A stretch of DNA of 64,000 bases from a virus: the IMG/VR virus record IMGVR_UViG_3300042558_005120, positions 32,001 through 96,000 of that record; one strand, 5' to 3'. Below, one piece after another: positions 1 through 8,527 of this stretch; position 1 is the stretch's first letter; every line of letters starts with the position of its first letter. The notes under the pieces are model-generated. The model was given only the letters and a program-made list of their open reading frames with translations, was not told the origin of the DNA and did no database searches. The translations under genes and the position numbers were made by a program.

Positions 1-526
1 CTTTAACATTTCTACTGAATGAAACACCCCGGACATCGGTGTGGCAAAAAAGTAAATCAGCTTTGTTTTTTGGATTTTGGACAAATTCTCTAAGTTCATC
101 TTCCTCTTCAACCCACGGCAAAAACATCCCTGTAGATTTTCCAAAATTAACAAGCTGCGGGTTTTCAAAAACTGTTACATTTTTTGTATGTTTAAAAAGC
201 TTCATTGAGTTTATCTCATTTGTATGCTTCATAAAAATATCGTGGTTGCCGATAATAATATAAACCGGCAAAATATCCGCAAGTGCTTCGATAATCTCTT
301 GGCCTTTATTCATAATATACAAATTAATAGACTGTCGAGAATCAAATGTATCGCCGCAGTGAATTAGAATATCACCGGGTTTGTGTTCGGATTTAATTAG
401 TGGAATTAAAAAATTGTGAAAATAGTCATCAATTATTTCCATCCATTCTTTAGAATTATTTCTGACACCAAAATGTGTATCTGAAATAATCCAAGCTCTG
501 GTTGCGGGAACATTTAAAGTAGTCAT
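1..526 (-). CDS. gp47: Recombination endonuclease, Mre11/SbcD-like metallophosphoesterase (T4 gp47-like); runs off the window edge
   Basis: Not in the ORF track. Manual translation from the ATG at 526 gives MTTLNVPATRAWIISDTHFG...HCGDTFD...IIGNHD...FCHTD, the calcineurin-like phosphoesterase motifs. The start overlaps the upstream stop (TAATG). Confidence 0.85.
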   Translation of the reverse strand, partial: MTTLNVPATRAWIISDTHFGVRNNSKEWMEIIDDYFHNFLIPLIKSEHKPGDILIHCGDTFDSRQSINLYIMNKGQEIIEALADILPVYIIIGNHDIFMKHTNEINSMKLFKHTKNVTVFENPQLVNFGKSTGMFLPWVEEEDELREFVQNPKNKADLLFCHTDVRGVSFSRNVK

Positions 527-945
527 TAAAAAAGTCGTTTAATATTTTTCTTTGCGAATATTTTATACTTGCCATCCAACTCACGGATAATTCGATCTTG
601 GTATGCAGAACCTAATTCATTAAACAGTGTCTCATACGGCGCAGTCATAAATTCAGCAATTGCTGTAAACCTTTCAACCGCAGACATATCGTCAGACTTT
701 AATCGGTCATCAAAGTAATAATAGATTTCTGCTAAAACTGATTTGCTGTTTTTTCGTGTTTTCTCAAAGTCCCCAGAATACGGTGACTCTTTGTAGATTT
801 TGTATAAATCTTCTTGAAGCTTTGTTTCAATATAGTCTTCGTATAAATCCCCAGTTGCTTCTTGAACTACTTTAATTTCACCAAATAGTTCATAGTCAAT
901 ATCCCCACGGTTAAAACTATTGTTAAATATTTTATCTTCTTTCAT
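526..945 (-). CDS. Hypothetical protein (139 aa)
   Basis: ORF tightly packed in the replication operon; no recognisable motif. Confidence 0.7.
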   Translation of the reverse strand: MKEDKIFNNSFNRGDIDYELFGEIKVVQEATGDLYEDYIETKLQEDLYKIYKESPYSGDFEKTRKNSKSVLAEIYYYFDDRLKSDDMSAVERFTAIAEFMTAPYETLFNELGSAYQDRIIRELDGKYKIFAKKNIKRLF

Positions 946-950
946 ACTTG

Positions 951-2072
951 TTATTCGTTAATAATTTGTGAATCGGGGTCTTCGGTTATGGACATATAAT
1001 CATAATCAATTAAAAACTTTTTTCGAGAATTTTTGTATCCGTCATCTCGATTCGCTAACAGTTTTAACATATACTCACGGTTGGCGTGCATAATTTCATC
1101 TTGGATGATACCAAACATAGCATCCACCGTATGACCTAAACCCGAAGACTCGGAAATATTAGTAATATTCAAATCAGTACTGCCGAAACCACTTCTGTTG
1201 ACTTGAGTTGCTGTGATAATTGCCCATTCATTTCGCATTGCCATGGCACGTAGGTCTTCAGCGATTTGTTTAATTTTCATATACATATTTTCGCTGTTTG
1301 GATTTCTCCAGTTTTTCAAGATATTAATGTAATCCAGGACAATTACTTTGAATTTAATACCTTTCATCTCTTCCATTTTCCTTAGATACATTTCCAAATC
1401 GGGAACACCTGCAGATGAAGTCGGAAATTCTTTTACAAATAATTTACCAGGCATCTGTAAATTGTTATAACCGATGCCTGCTAATTTTTTCTTAACCGCA
1501 ACTTTGTCTCTGGCAAAGTCACCATATTCTCGCATACTGATTCCAAGCATATTTGCACCCAAACGTTTGATTACTTTACGGTCTCGCATCTCTAAAGAGA
1601 TTACTGCAGTATTATAACCAAGTTTTACAGAATTAGATGCCACGTTTGCTAACCAGATAGAATTGTGACTTAATATACCGTTTGTATAGAACCTACGATT
1701 CTCATCTGAAAGTTGTAAATCATACATATTCTCGTATGTGCCAGTTTGGTTGATTGAATAAATCATCTCTGGTCCACTATCAGTGAGTATGTAATCACCT
1801 ATTTCTAGTTCATTGATAAATGTTTCAGAAAAAGCATTCAAGCCAGAAGAACATTTATACACAATATGAGTGTCAGCAGCACGTAAATTGAAAGATTCTG
1901 TTTTAATCTCCCATACTTCGTATTCTACTGTTTTGCCTATTGCTTTAATATCAACCCACCCGGTATCTGTTAAAACTTCAAATTCTTCTGTTCTATCTCC
2001 AAAAGTGAATGTTTCTACAAATTTTTTATACGGTCTTTCTTCTTCTGTTTTTTGAATAAAATCTTTTTGCAT
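951..2072 (-). CDS. gp41: Replicative DnaB/gp41-like helicase, C-terminal half, preceded by a 137-aa split-intein C-fragment
   Basis: Likely start is the ATG at 2072 (the track uses TTG at 2090). The intein part ends MYDLQL...FYTNGILSHN, followed by extein S-IWLANVA...ISLEM...VLDYINIL...ATQVNRSG...SESSG, which are SF4 helicase motifs. Confidence 0.9.
   Translation of the reverse strand: MQKDFIQKTEEERPYKKFVETFTFGDRTEEFEVLTDTGWVDIKAIGKTVEYEVWEIKTESFNLRAADTHIVYKCSSGLNAFSETFINELEIGDYILTDSGPEMIYSINQTGTYENMYDLQLSDENRRFYTNGILSHNSIWLANVASNSVKLGYNTAVISLEMRDRKVIKRLGANMLGISMREYGDFARDKVAVKKKLAGIGYNNLQMPGKLFVKEFPTSSAGVPDLEMYLRKMEEMKGIKFKVIVLDYINILKNWRNPNSENMYMKIKQIAEDLRAMAMRNEWAIITATQVNRSGFGSTDLNITNISESSGLGHTVDAMFGIIQDEIMHANREYMLKLLANRDDGYKNSRKKFLIDYDYMSITEDPDSQIINE
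1662..2072 (-). mobile_element. Split intein C-fragment (long, atypical split; 137 aa)
   Basis: Contains EVLTDTGW, block B AADTH, block F MYDL and terminal SHN followed by Ser+1 (codon 1659-1661). Confidence 0.88.
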
Positions 2073-2126
2073 ATTTTTTATTTTAATCAATACAATTTGC
2101 TGATACTTTAATTTTCTCGGAATTTT

Positions 2127-2642
2127 TTACCAGTTTGAATTAGTTGAATTTGTTTTTATGTGTTTATCATAACTAATAATTATTTCCTCTAGATCTTTTT
2201 TAAGTGATTCCATAAGTTCAATCCAATTTTTTTTAAATAAACAAGATTTTGATGTGCCTGGATATTCTTCCTGGGGTTCTAATATTAGAAAGCTGCCATT
2301 ACAATCACTGGATGAATATTTTACATTGTCAACAATTATTTTGTATTTAAAATCTTTCATAAGGATTTTTATTGTATATGAATACCAAAAGGTAAGACCG
2401 TTATTAGAAATTTCTTTTATAGTACCTTTTATTATAATAATACCGTTTTCCTTATCATCATTTTGAATAACTTCTTTAGATGATTTCCATTTTTCGGCAA
2501 TAAAAAATTTTGTATCTGAATAAATCTCATCTTTTGTTTTTTCTACAGAATCAATTTTCTCCCATGTAAAGTTTTTCTGAGAATACGAATAAAAAGATGA
2601 TAACATCATTAGTGCAATCATTAGATACTTAATAGTTTTCAT
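2127..2642 (-). CDS. Secreted DUF4468-like (TBP-like fold) protein of Bacteroidetes type
   Basis: Signal peptide (MKTIKYLMIALMMLSSFYSYSQ) and the pattern TKDEIYS..KSSKEVIQNDDKENGIIIIKG..IKILMKDFKYKI, typical of DUF4468 proteins (recognised by eye). Confidence 0.6.
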   Translation of the reverse strand: MKTIKYLMIALMMLSSFYSYSQKNFTWEKIDSVEKTKDEIYSDTKFFIAEKWKSSKEVIQNDDKENGIIIIKGTIKEISNNGLTFWYSYTIKILMKDFKYKIIVDNVKYSSSDCNGSFLILEPQEEYPGTSKSCLFKKNWIELMESLKKDLEEIIISYDKHIKTNSTNSNW

Positions 2643-2681
2643 TTAAGTTATTTTTAGTTTGTTTATAGAATAATTATAATT

Positions 2682-2708
2682 TATATGAAAAAATAATTAA
2701 TTAGTTTT
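2682..2708 (-). promoter_or_regulatory. Putative class-A phage promoter AAAACT-N14-TCATATA
   Basis: One of 7 copies with identical spacing upstream of replication-class genes. Confidence 0.6.
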
Positions 2709-3785
2709 ATTAATAAAATTAACACAATCGGAAATAACTTTCTCTGGATTATTTCGATAATCATTTTCCCATACAACTAATACTTGGTATCCACATTTTT
2801 CTATTAAATGTATCTTTTCAGTGTGAGCATCCCAAATTTCCTTTGCGGTTTTTTGTATCATTTTGTGGAAATACGTTGATTCATAAGTAGAAGGATTACA
2901 ATGCCAATAATCACCATTGAACTCAATAATTTTTTTGTCAATTACAAAGTCGTATGCAAAACACTTTTGTACTTCTGGAAAAAATCGAAAATATTGTTTT
3001 TGCCCGTTAAGTGCACAGTAATAAGTAGTGGAAGGCTCTAATTGGTCAACTATAGATTTAATTAATTCTAATTCAACAGAAGAGTATATGGTTTTACAAA
3101 TTTTTGTGAACTCACCGTTTTTGTATTTTTCTTCAATCTTTTTGCTCCATTTTATATGTCTTTCTTTCCATACCTCAGGGCCTAAATCTGAACCATATTT
3201 GTCAATACATTTTTCTAAAGTAAACGTTCTTTGTCTTTCCTTTTGCATTTCTTTAGCATCTTTAATTGTATATCCTTTGTTTAACCAATATTCCAATTCT
3301 AAAGGTGTTCTGCCTTTATATAATTCAGGATTATTTCGTATTTTATCTAAAAATACGCCAACCATTGAATTTGTTTGCTTCTTTTGTTGTGCTAAAGCTT
3401 CTTCTTTAGAATATCCTTTGTTTTCCCAATATTCTATTGTATTAAAATGCTGTCCAGGGTTTTCCTGTTTAGATTTACTTATGTTCTTTCCTCTTTTATT
3501 ATAAGAGCTGTTAATCTTATTAACAGCTTGCTCATAAGTTAATCCGAACTTTTCCATCTGCCACTGTGGGTTTGTTGTTAATTTAGCGGTCGCTGTTTTG
3601 TTTTTTAATTCATTGACTTTAGTAACCGCTTCATTATACGTTAAACCAAATTTTTGTATCTGATAATCTACAGAATACGGATTAGATTTTTTCCCCTGTA
3701 TCTCTTTAATTTTAATCAATGCTTCCTCTTCTGATAATCCAAACTTTGTCATTTGATAACTGACGTCTTTCCAACTTTTTCTCAT
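2697..3785 (-). CDS. Free-standing homing endonuclease, Vsr/DUF559-like, with N-terminal repeats
   Basis: C-terminal AYDF..KIIEFNGDYWH..GYQVLVVWENDY nuclease motifs; repeats such as YQ.xKFGL(S/T)..EA and YW.NKGY; lies between the two halves of a split-intein gene. Confidence 0.8.
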   Translation of the reverse strand: MRKSWKDVSYQMTKFGLSEEEALIKIKEIQGKKSNPYSVDYQIQKFGLTYNEAVTKVNELKNKTATAKLTTNPQWQMEKFGLTYEQAVNKINSSYNKRGKNISKSKQENPGQHFNTIEYWENKGYSKEEALAQQKKQTNSMVGVFLDKIRNNPELYKGRTPLELEYWLNKGYTIKDAKEMQKERQRTFTLEKCIDKYGSDLGPEVWKERHIKWSKKIEEKYKNGEFTKICKTIYSSVELELIKSIVDQLEPSTTYYCALNGQKQYFRFFPEVQKCFAYDFVIDKKIIEFNGDYWHCNPSTYESTYFHKMIQKTAKEIWDAHTEKIHLIEKCGYQVLVVWENDYRNNPEKVISDCVNFINKTN

Positions 3786-3843
3786 AGTTTGTAATGAATA
3801 TTTTAAATTATATATTCATTGGAGAGATGAAAATTTATGCAAA

Positions 3844-4536
3844 TTAATATGGGATAAATCGTTTATGGAATTCACCAATTTCAATTTCTTCAACAACTCC
3901 TGTTTTTTTGTTTCGGACAGCAATTTTGGCATCAGATGTGGTGCATTTACCAATTTTCATTTCACCGATAAAACAAAAAAGAGCTTTGCTGTACCATCCA
4001 CCGCCTAAGATTAAATCGAGATAAGGATATCCCGTAGAGAAAGTATCTGATGTTGGTTGCTCGTGGCTGTCGGGATTAAAGAAATCCAAACCTTCGTCAA
4101 ATCCAAATTGAATATTATTCCGGTCAGTGATAATCGACTTTGCAGTTTGGACAACATCTTTAATGTTCTCGGCATTGATTTTTGTATTTTTCAGATAGGC
4201 TATCAAATCCATTACTGAAAGATCCAAATTTTTAAATTCAATCCAAGATTGTGCAGTCTCAGAAATCCAGGTTGTGTCGAATTCAGAAAGACGAGTTTCA
4301 AAAATCATTTCAATTTTGGTCGAAGAAAGGTCATCCCCCAATTCTTGCATTTTTGAAATCTCAACACATTGTGCTGATGTAGGTACTTGAGAGTATTTTT
4401 GAATAAACTCAACAGATATTTCATAAAGTTTTCGAATATCTGGAGAATCAAAAAACCTGGGTTTCACAATATCCAACAGCTCTTTGTTGGCCATCAGATA
4501 GTGATAAAATATTTTTTCGAGGTGTGGTGCTGTCAT
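3844..4536 (-). CDS. gp41: Replicative helicase (gp41-like), N-terminal half, ending in a 33-aa split-intein N-fragment
   Basis: FSTGYPYLDLILGGG...FIGEMKIGK is a Walker A interrupted before its Ser, followed by CTTSDAKIAVRNKKTG...FIPY*. Likely start is the ATG at 4536. Confidence 0.88.
   Translation of the reverse strand: MTAPHLEKIFYHYLMANKELLDIVKPRFFDSPDIRKLYEISVEFIQKYSQVPTSAQCVEISKMQELGDDLSSTKIEMIFETRLSEFDTTWISETAQSWIEFKNLDLSVMDLIAYLKNTKINAENIKDVVQTAKSIITDRNNIQFGFDEGLDFFNPDSHEQPTSDTFSTGYPYLDLILGGGWYSKALFCFIGEMKIGKCTTSDAKIAVRNKKTGVVEEIEIGEFHKRFIPY
3847..3945 (-). mobile_element. Split intein N-fragment (short, 33 aa)
   Basis: Starts at Cys1 immediately after Walker A GK, with a block A-like pattern (C..D.I.V...I.I.E.); stop codon follows after 33 aa. 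Confidence 0.85.
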
Positions 4537-4542
4537 AGATAT

Positions 4543-4569
4543 TATATGCAAAATTAGTTAAATAGTTTA
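4543..4569 (-). promoter_or_regulatory. Putative class-A phage promoter TAAACT-N14-GCATATA
   Basis: Motif copy ending 6 nt before the helicase-N ATG. Confidence 0.55.
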
Positions 4570-4866
4570 CACCCAAGGCATATAGGTTAACTTAAATCGA
4601 TCTTTATTTTTTTCCAATTTAATTAGACTATCACTGTTAGGATTTACTAATTTATCCAAAAAAGTTCTTAGTTCTTCAATTGTACTAAAATGATATTTCA
4701 TTCCTGACCAAACTTGCTCTGGCAAAAAATCTTTACTTAGTCTATTTAAGTCGTCCAAGGTTGATACCAACGCATAACAGAGGTCGTCATACGTTGGGTA
4801 ACCAGGCATTTCTTGATAGACACCAAGTAAGTATTTAATCGGTAATTTAGACTGATTAATTTTCAT
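4567..4866 (-). CDS. Hypothetical protein (99 aa)
   Basis: ORF overlapping the end of uvsX-C, with operon-like packing. Confidence 0.65.
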   Translation of the reverse strand: MKINQSKLPIKYLLGVYQEMPGYPTYDDLCYALVSTLDDLNRLSKDFLPEQVWSGMKYHFSTIEELRTFLDKLVNPNSDSLIKLEKNKDRFKLTYMPWV

Positions 4867-5566
4867 CTTCTAAAATGGTGTTTGCAATTTCATCGTCTTC
4901 CAATTCGTTGATTTCATTAATATTTGGAAGCATAAATGTTTTCTTGATAATTTTTTCATCCAACTCTTTAAGAACTTCTTGCGTGATTATTTTTGCTGTA
5001 AAAAGTTCATTAGGCTTAATTGAATCTGCAAGGTGGCGAACAGCGATTGTCCTGGAAGTTTCCTTTCCTTCAAAGTAAAGGACTTCCTCGACCCCATTTT
5101 CTCGTGTTACTGTAAAACGAGTATTTGCTATTTCCGCTTGTTCGGCCGGAGACTTCTTATTAAATTCCTTTTCGGTAATAAGTTTACCTCTTTGTATTCC
5201 ACAAGTTTCCCAATTCATATACTCTTCTAAGCCAACAAAGCGGTTCATACCGCGAATAAAACTGATGTGAAACTTAATTGGAATTGGTCGAGCAAAACGA
5301 TTCTTTGCAGGTTTAGATGTAACAATAATTCCGGTTCGATTAGTTCCATCTTCCTTTAATTGTGCCTTGCTTAGTTGCAATATAATTGAAGCATTGTATA
5401 TTGCCCCGCCTCCACCACTGATTGTTTGTCCAGGGATATACGACCCGATCGAATTGTGCATCACAACCCCATCTTTGGACAAATAATGATGTGCAGTTGC
5501 AACTTCAATATCGTACACCGTATTTAAGTCACCCTGTTCTTTTTTAAGAAGTTTTAATTTTTTCAT
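4856..5566 (-). CDS. uvsX: UvsX/RecA-like recombinase, C-terminal half, preceded by a 38-aa split-intein C-fragment
   Basis: MKKLKLLKK...VYDIEV...GVVMHN, then extein S-IGSYIPGQTISGGGGAIYNASII...KNRF (RecA/UvsX C-terminal motifs). Confidence 0.9.
   Translation of the reverse strand: MKKLKLLKKEQGDLNTVYDIEVATAHHYLSKDGVVMHNSIGSYIPGQTISGGGGAIYNASIILQLSKAQLKEDGTNRTGIIVTSKPAKNRFARPIPIKFHISFIRGMNRFVGLEEYMNWETCGIQRGKLITEKEFNKKSPAEQAEIANTRFTVTRENGVEEVLYFEGKETSRTIAVRHLADSIKPNELFTAKIITQEVLKELDEKIIKKTFMLPNINEINELEDDEIANTILEDEN
5453..5566 (-). mobile_element. Split intein C-fragment (38 aa, canonical split)
   Basis: Basic N-terminus, block F VYDIEV, block G VMHN, Ser+1. Confidence 0.88.
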
Positions 5567-5604
5567 TGTTTGTTTTTATTTTCAGAAATCATACATTTTT
5601 GTAC

Positions 5605-6513
5605 TTATTTAACAAAAATTTCATCACCTTCTTCTAATTCATCAGCAGTAATCCAAGAATCCGTACTTGTAATATCATCTGGGTTAACCAAGAATAAGTG
5701 AAGTGGAGAACATTCAATTTTAATATCACCTTCAAAGTGTAGTTTAATAGTTCGGGTGTTATCATATTTAAATGTATCAACAACCGGCTGTGGTCCATCG
5801 ATTGTCATAACCACATCATTAATTTTGATTTCTTCTAGTTTTTTGCAAGTACCGTCTGCCATTTGTACTTCTGTATCACCTAAAGCACAAGCATAAGTGT
5901 GGTTTGTAAATATAAACGGGATTTTAAATTCAGCAAGGTCAGTTGTGATAACTCTAAAAAGTGAACGAAGATCTTGCTGTTTTGTCATATCCTTTTTCTC
6001 ACTTCCACTTGCAGCATCTACTTTTTCTTTTGTTGTTGCCAAGTTTCCTAATGAGTCTAACACCAACATAATTTTCGGAAGTTCAGTTCCTTTTTCTTTT
6101 GCTTTGCGTAAAGTGTCACATAAGTTAGCAACAAAGTGTCGGACTTCTAATGAAGTTGCAACTGGTTGGTAGCGAACTTTATCTGGGTCAATTCCAAAAT
6201 TTCTCATTATATCTTCATCCACTGCTGCTTCAGAGTCACAATAAATAATATTGTAACCCATCCTTTGAGCTTCACGGCAAGCATTTAATGTTAAAAAAGT
6301 TTTGCCCGTTCCTGACTCACCCGCAAAACAAATTGAACGAGAATTAGGTATCCCGCCAAAAAGTGAACCCGTTAATTGCGCATTTAATAAATAGTTACCA
6401 GTATCAATCCACTCATCAATTTTTGAAAAAGTATTCCCGGTAATAATTGAACCCTTTGGGTTGATTTTGGATAACACCGTATCCAATTCTGAAAAAGAAA
6501 ATCCTTTTGCCAT
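5605..6513 (-). CDS. uvsX: UvsX/RecA-like recombinase, N-terminal half, ending in a 94-aa split-intein N-fragment
   Basis: IDTGNYLLN..GGIP..AGESGTGKT (Walker A), DSEAA, VLDSLG (Walker B), TNHTYA, then CALGDTEVQMADG... Confidence 0.92.
   Translation of the reverse strand: MAKGFSFSELDTVLSKINPKGSIITGNTFSKIDEWIDTGNYLLNAQLTGSLFGGIPNSRSICFAGESGTGKTFLTLNACREAQRMGYNIIYCDSEAAVDEDIMRNFGIDPDKVRYQPVATSLEVRHFVANLCDTLRKAKEKGTELPKIMLVLDSLGNLATTKEKVDAASGSEKKDMTKQQDLRSLFRVITTDLAEFKIPFIFTNHTYACALGDTEVQMADGTCKKLEEIKINDVVMTIDGPQPVVDTFKYDNTRTIKLHFEGDIKIECSPLHLFLVNPDDITSTDSWITADELEEGDEIFVK
5608..5889 (-). mobile_element. Split intein N-fragment (94 aa)
   Basis: Block A CALGDTEV, block B CSPLH, acidic tail WITADELEEGDEI. 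Confidence 0.9.
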
Positions 6514-6527
6514 ATAATTTTTTTATT

Positions 6528-7715
6528 TTAAAAAAGTGCAGTTCGCACAAAAAGCTCTTCAGGTATTGAAGGGATGCCCATTGAATTTAAAAATCGGTTC
6601 ATTGGTTCGATAACACATTTTGCAAACTGAATATCATAGTCAACCTCGGGTGCCATTTCAGTAGGGAAACCGCCTGGCAGATATCCAAAGATATTCTGCC
6701 CGGCAGGACCCTTTGATTTTGCATAATAGTATCTAATTTTGTCACCTGATTTGATAAGCTCGTATTTGTTTTTCCATTTTGAGTTATGGACCAAATAGTT
6801 ATGATACCCGGCAGCTCGAACGTGAATGGGACAATTTGGATTTATTATAAAAGTGTCTCGGTCATTTGCGATTCCTTTCTCATAGTCATTGATACTTGAA
6901 GACATCGAAATTGCTTCAATATCACTTAACATAAATTCTTCCTTTTCTTTCTTTAAACGTTGAACGAATTTTTTAAGATCCAACTTGTTTCTTTCTTGAA
7001 AAAGAATAATTAACAAATCTTTTAGTCTTTTTCGAGCAAATGCAGGTGTAGAAGATTGAACAATCTCTACACCCTTTGCATCAATTTTGCTTTGTGGTTG
7101 GTAGCGAATACCATCGCCTTTGCCGGTTTTCCAAGCCTTATCCATAACGTATTTTTTCTTTTTCAAGAAAATAGCTGAATACGAAAGGGTTTCAAATTCT
7201 AGGTTTTGAATATTTTCTGTTCCAGATTTTTCTGCAAATTTTGCAAAATTCTTATCCAAATATTGTTTTAACCTAAGTTTGTAAATTTGATGTATCAGTT
7301 CTTCTGCGGACCCGTTCCAATCACATCCATTAACAACTTCTTGGAAAGTAATATAGACCGAATCTGTATCGCCATAAACTGATACATCATTAATTACTCG
7401 TTCAACTCTGGTTAGACCAAGCTTTGTGTGCAGCTCTTTATCTCGATACCAAAATTCTGAAAAATAACGATTCATAATACTTTGAACAAACTTGATAAGT
7501 TCTTGTCCTTGAAGCGTAATTGCTTCTGCAACTTTAATATTAAAACCAACAAAGTACGCGGATGCGGTTGCACCATAACAGCTGTTGATAAAGATTTTTA
7601 TTGCTTGTTCTTCATTTTTTTTGATGTTCATTAAAGAAGTTAATCTTTCGATTTCAGCTTTAATGTCATCACGACTTGCAGAAACTAAATCAATGTTCGA
7701 ATATTTTAAATCCAT
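6528..7715 (-). CDS. gp43: Family B DNA polymerase, C-terminal subunit (gp43B-like)
   Basis: Motif B KIFINSCYG, motif C YGDTDS, KKKY, KGVEIVQSSTP; lacks the exonuclease and motif A. Confidence 0.92.
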   Translation of the reverse strand: MDLKYSNIDLVSASRDDIKAEIERLTSLMNIKKNEEQAIKIFINSCYGATASAYFVGFNIKVAEAITLQGQELIKFVQSIMNRYFSEFWYRDKELHTKLGLTRVERVINDVSVYGDTDSVYITFQEVVNGCDWNGSAEELIHQIYKLRLKQYLDKNFAKFAEKSGTENIQNLEFETLSYSAIFLKKKKYVMDKAWKTGKGDGIRYQPQSKIDAKGVEIVQSSTPAFARKRLKDLLIILFQERNKLDLKKFVQRLKKEKEEFMLSDIEAISMSSSINDYEKGIANDRDTFIINPNCPIHVRAAGYHNYLVHNSKWKNKYELIKSGDKIRYYYAKSKGPAGQNIFGYLPGGFPTEMAPEVDYDIQFAKCVIEPMNRFLNSMGIPSIPEELFVRTALF

Positions 7716-7726
7716 TTTTATATTTT

Positions 7727-8458
7727 TTATTCAACTTTACCTAATGTCAAAATAGTGTCGGTTTCCAAAGAATGGAATATCAAGCGGTCATCTGACATAT
7801 AAGTTTTAGCATCTTCTTTGTCAAGGAATGCAAACTGATTCTTGTAAACAGAAGTTGCAATTTTTGCTTTGGTATTATTTACATTACACAAACTGTAGTT
7901 GTAAGATTTACCACGTGCTGAAAGAACACCTTTAGCTAATTCAAATGTTAGGATTTTTTGATCCGAGTCAATTGTTCCAAGAGAAGCAATTTTTGATTGG
8001 ATATCCTTTGTTAAAACAAAGTCAACTTCAGCCGCATCAGTACTTGCGATTTTTGACATTAACTCATCTGAGATGTGAGTAAACAATCTAAGACTCGCAC
8101 ATGGGAAATTGATTTCCAATTCGGGACTTCTTAATACAATTTCAGTTCCAACAGTTTGTCCGTCAACAGTTTCAGTTTCAATTCGCATTGTAACATCATT
8201 CCCGGTAAAGTGTGAGAAAGCTTTAATCAGTTTATCTAATGAATAAACACCAATTAATACAGTGCTGTCAGTAGATTCATCGTACTCAAAAATTTGACTC
8301 AATTCAATTTTTGAATATTTAACCACACTTTTCTCAGGGGTGTGAGTTTTTGCTTTTAGGTAATCACCTTCGATTTCAAGAAGTAAAGTGTTTGAAATTG
8401 ATTGAAAGCGTTTTAGAAAAGTTACCAAATCATTGGTAGAATGAATTTTAAAAGTCAT
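7727..8458 (-). CDS. gp45: Sliding clamp (gp45-like)
   Basis: Size 243 aa, N-terminal LKRFQSISNTLL resembling gp45, IGVYSL motif, and position next to the polymerase. Confidence 0.6.
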   Translation of the reverse strand: MTFKIHSTNDLVTFLKRFQSISNTLLLEIEGDYLKAKTHTPEKSVVKYSKIELSQIFEYDESTDSTVLIGVYSLDKLIKAFSHFTGNDVTMRIETETVDGQTVGTEIVLRSPELEINFPCASLRLFTHISDELMSKIASTDAAEVDFVLTKDIQSKIASLGTIDSDQKILTFELAKGVLSARGKSYNYSLCNVNNTKAKIATSVYKNQFAFLDKEDAKTYMSDDRLIFHSLETDTILTLGKVE

Positions 8459-8500
8459 AATTTGTTTTTTAAGTTAATTTAAGAAATGATTTATTTAAAT

Positions 8501-8527
8501 AGTATGCAATTTTAAGTAAAAAGTTTT
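8501..8527 (-). promoter_or_regulatory. Putative class-A phage promoter AAAACT-N14-GCATACT
   Basis: Motif copy upstream of the clamp-polC-uvsX run. Confidence 0.55.

Noticed and set aside
5567-5607. Stop-codon recoding or readthrough joining the uvsX halves
   Set aside because: The halves are out of frame, the C-half has its own ATG, and long genes translate cleanly in the standard code.
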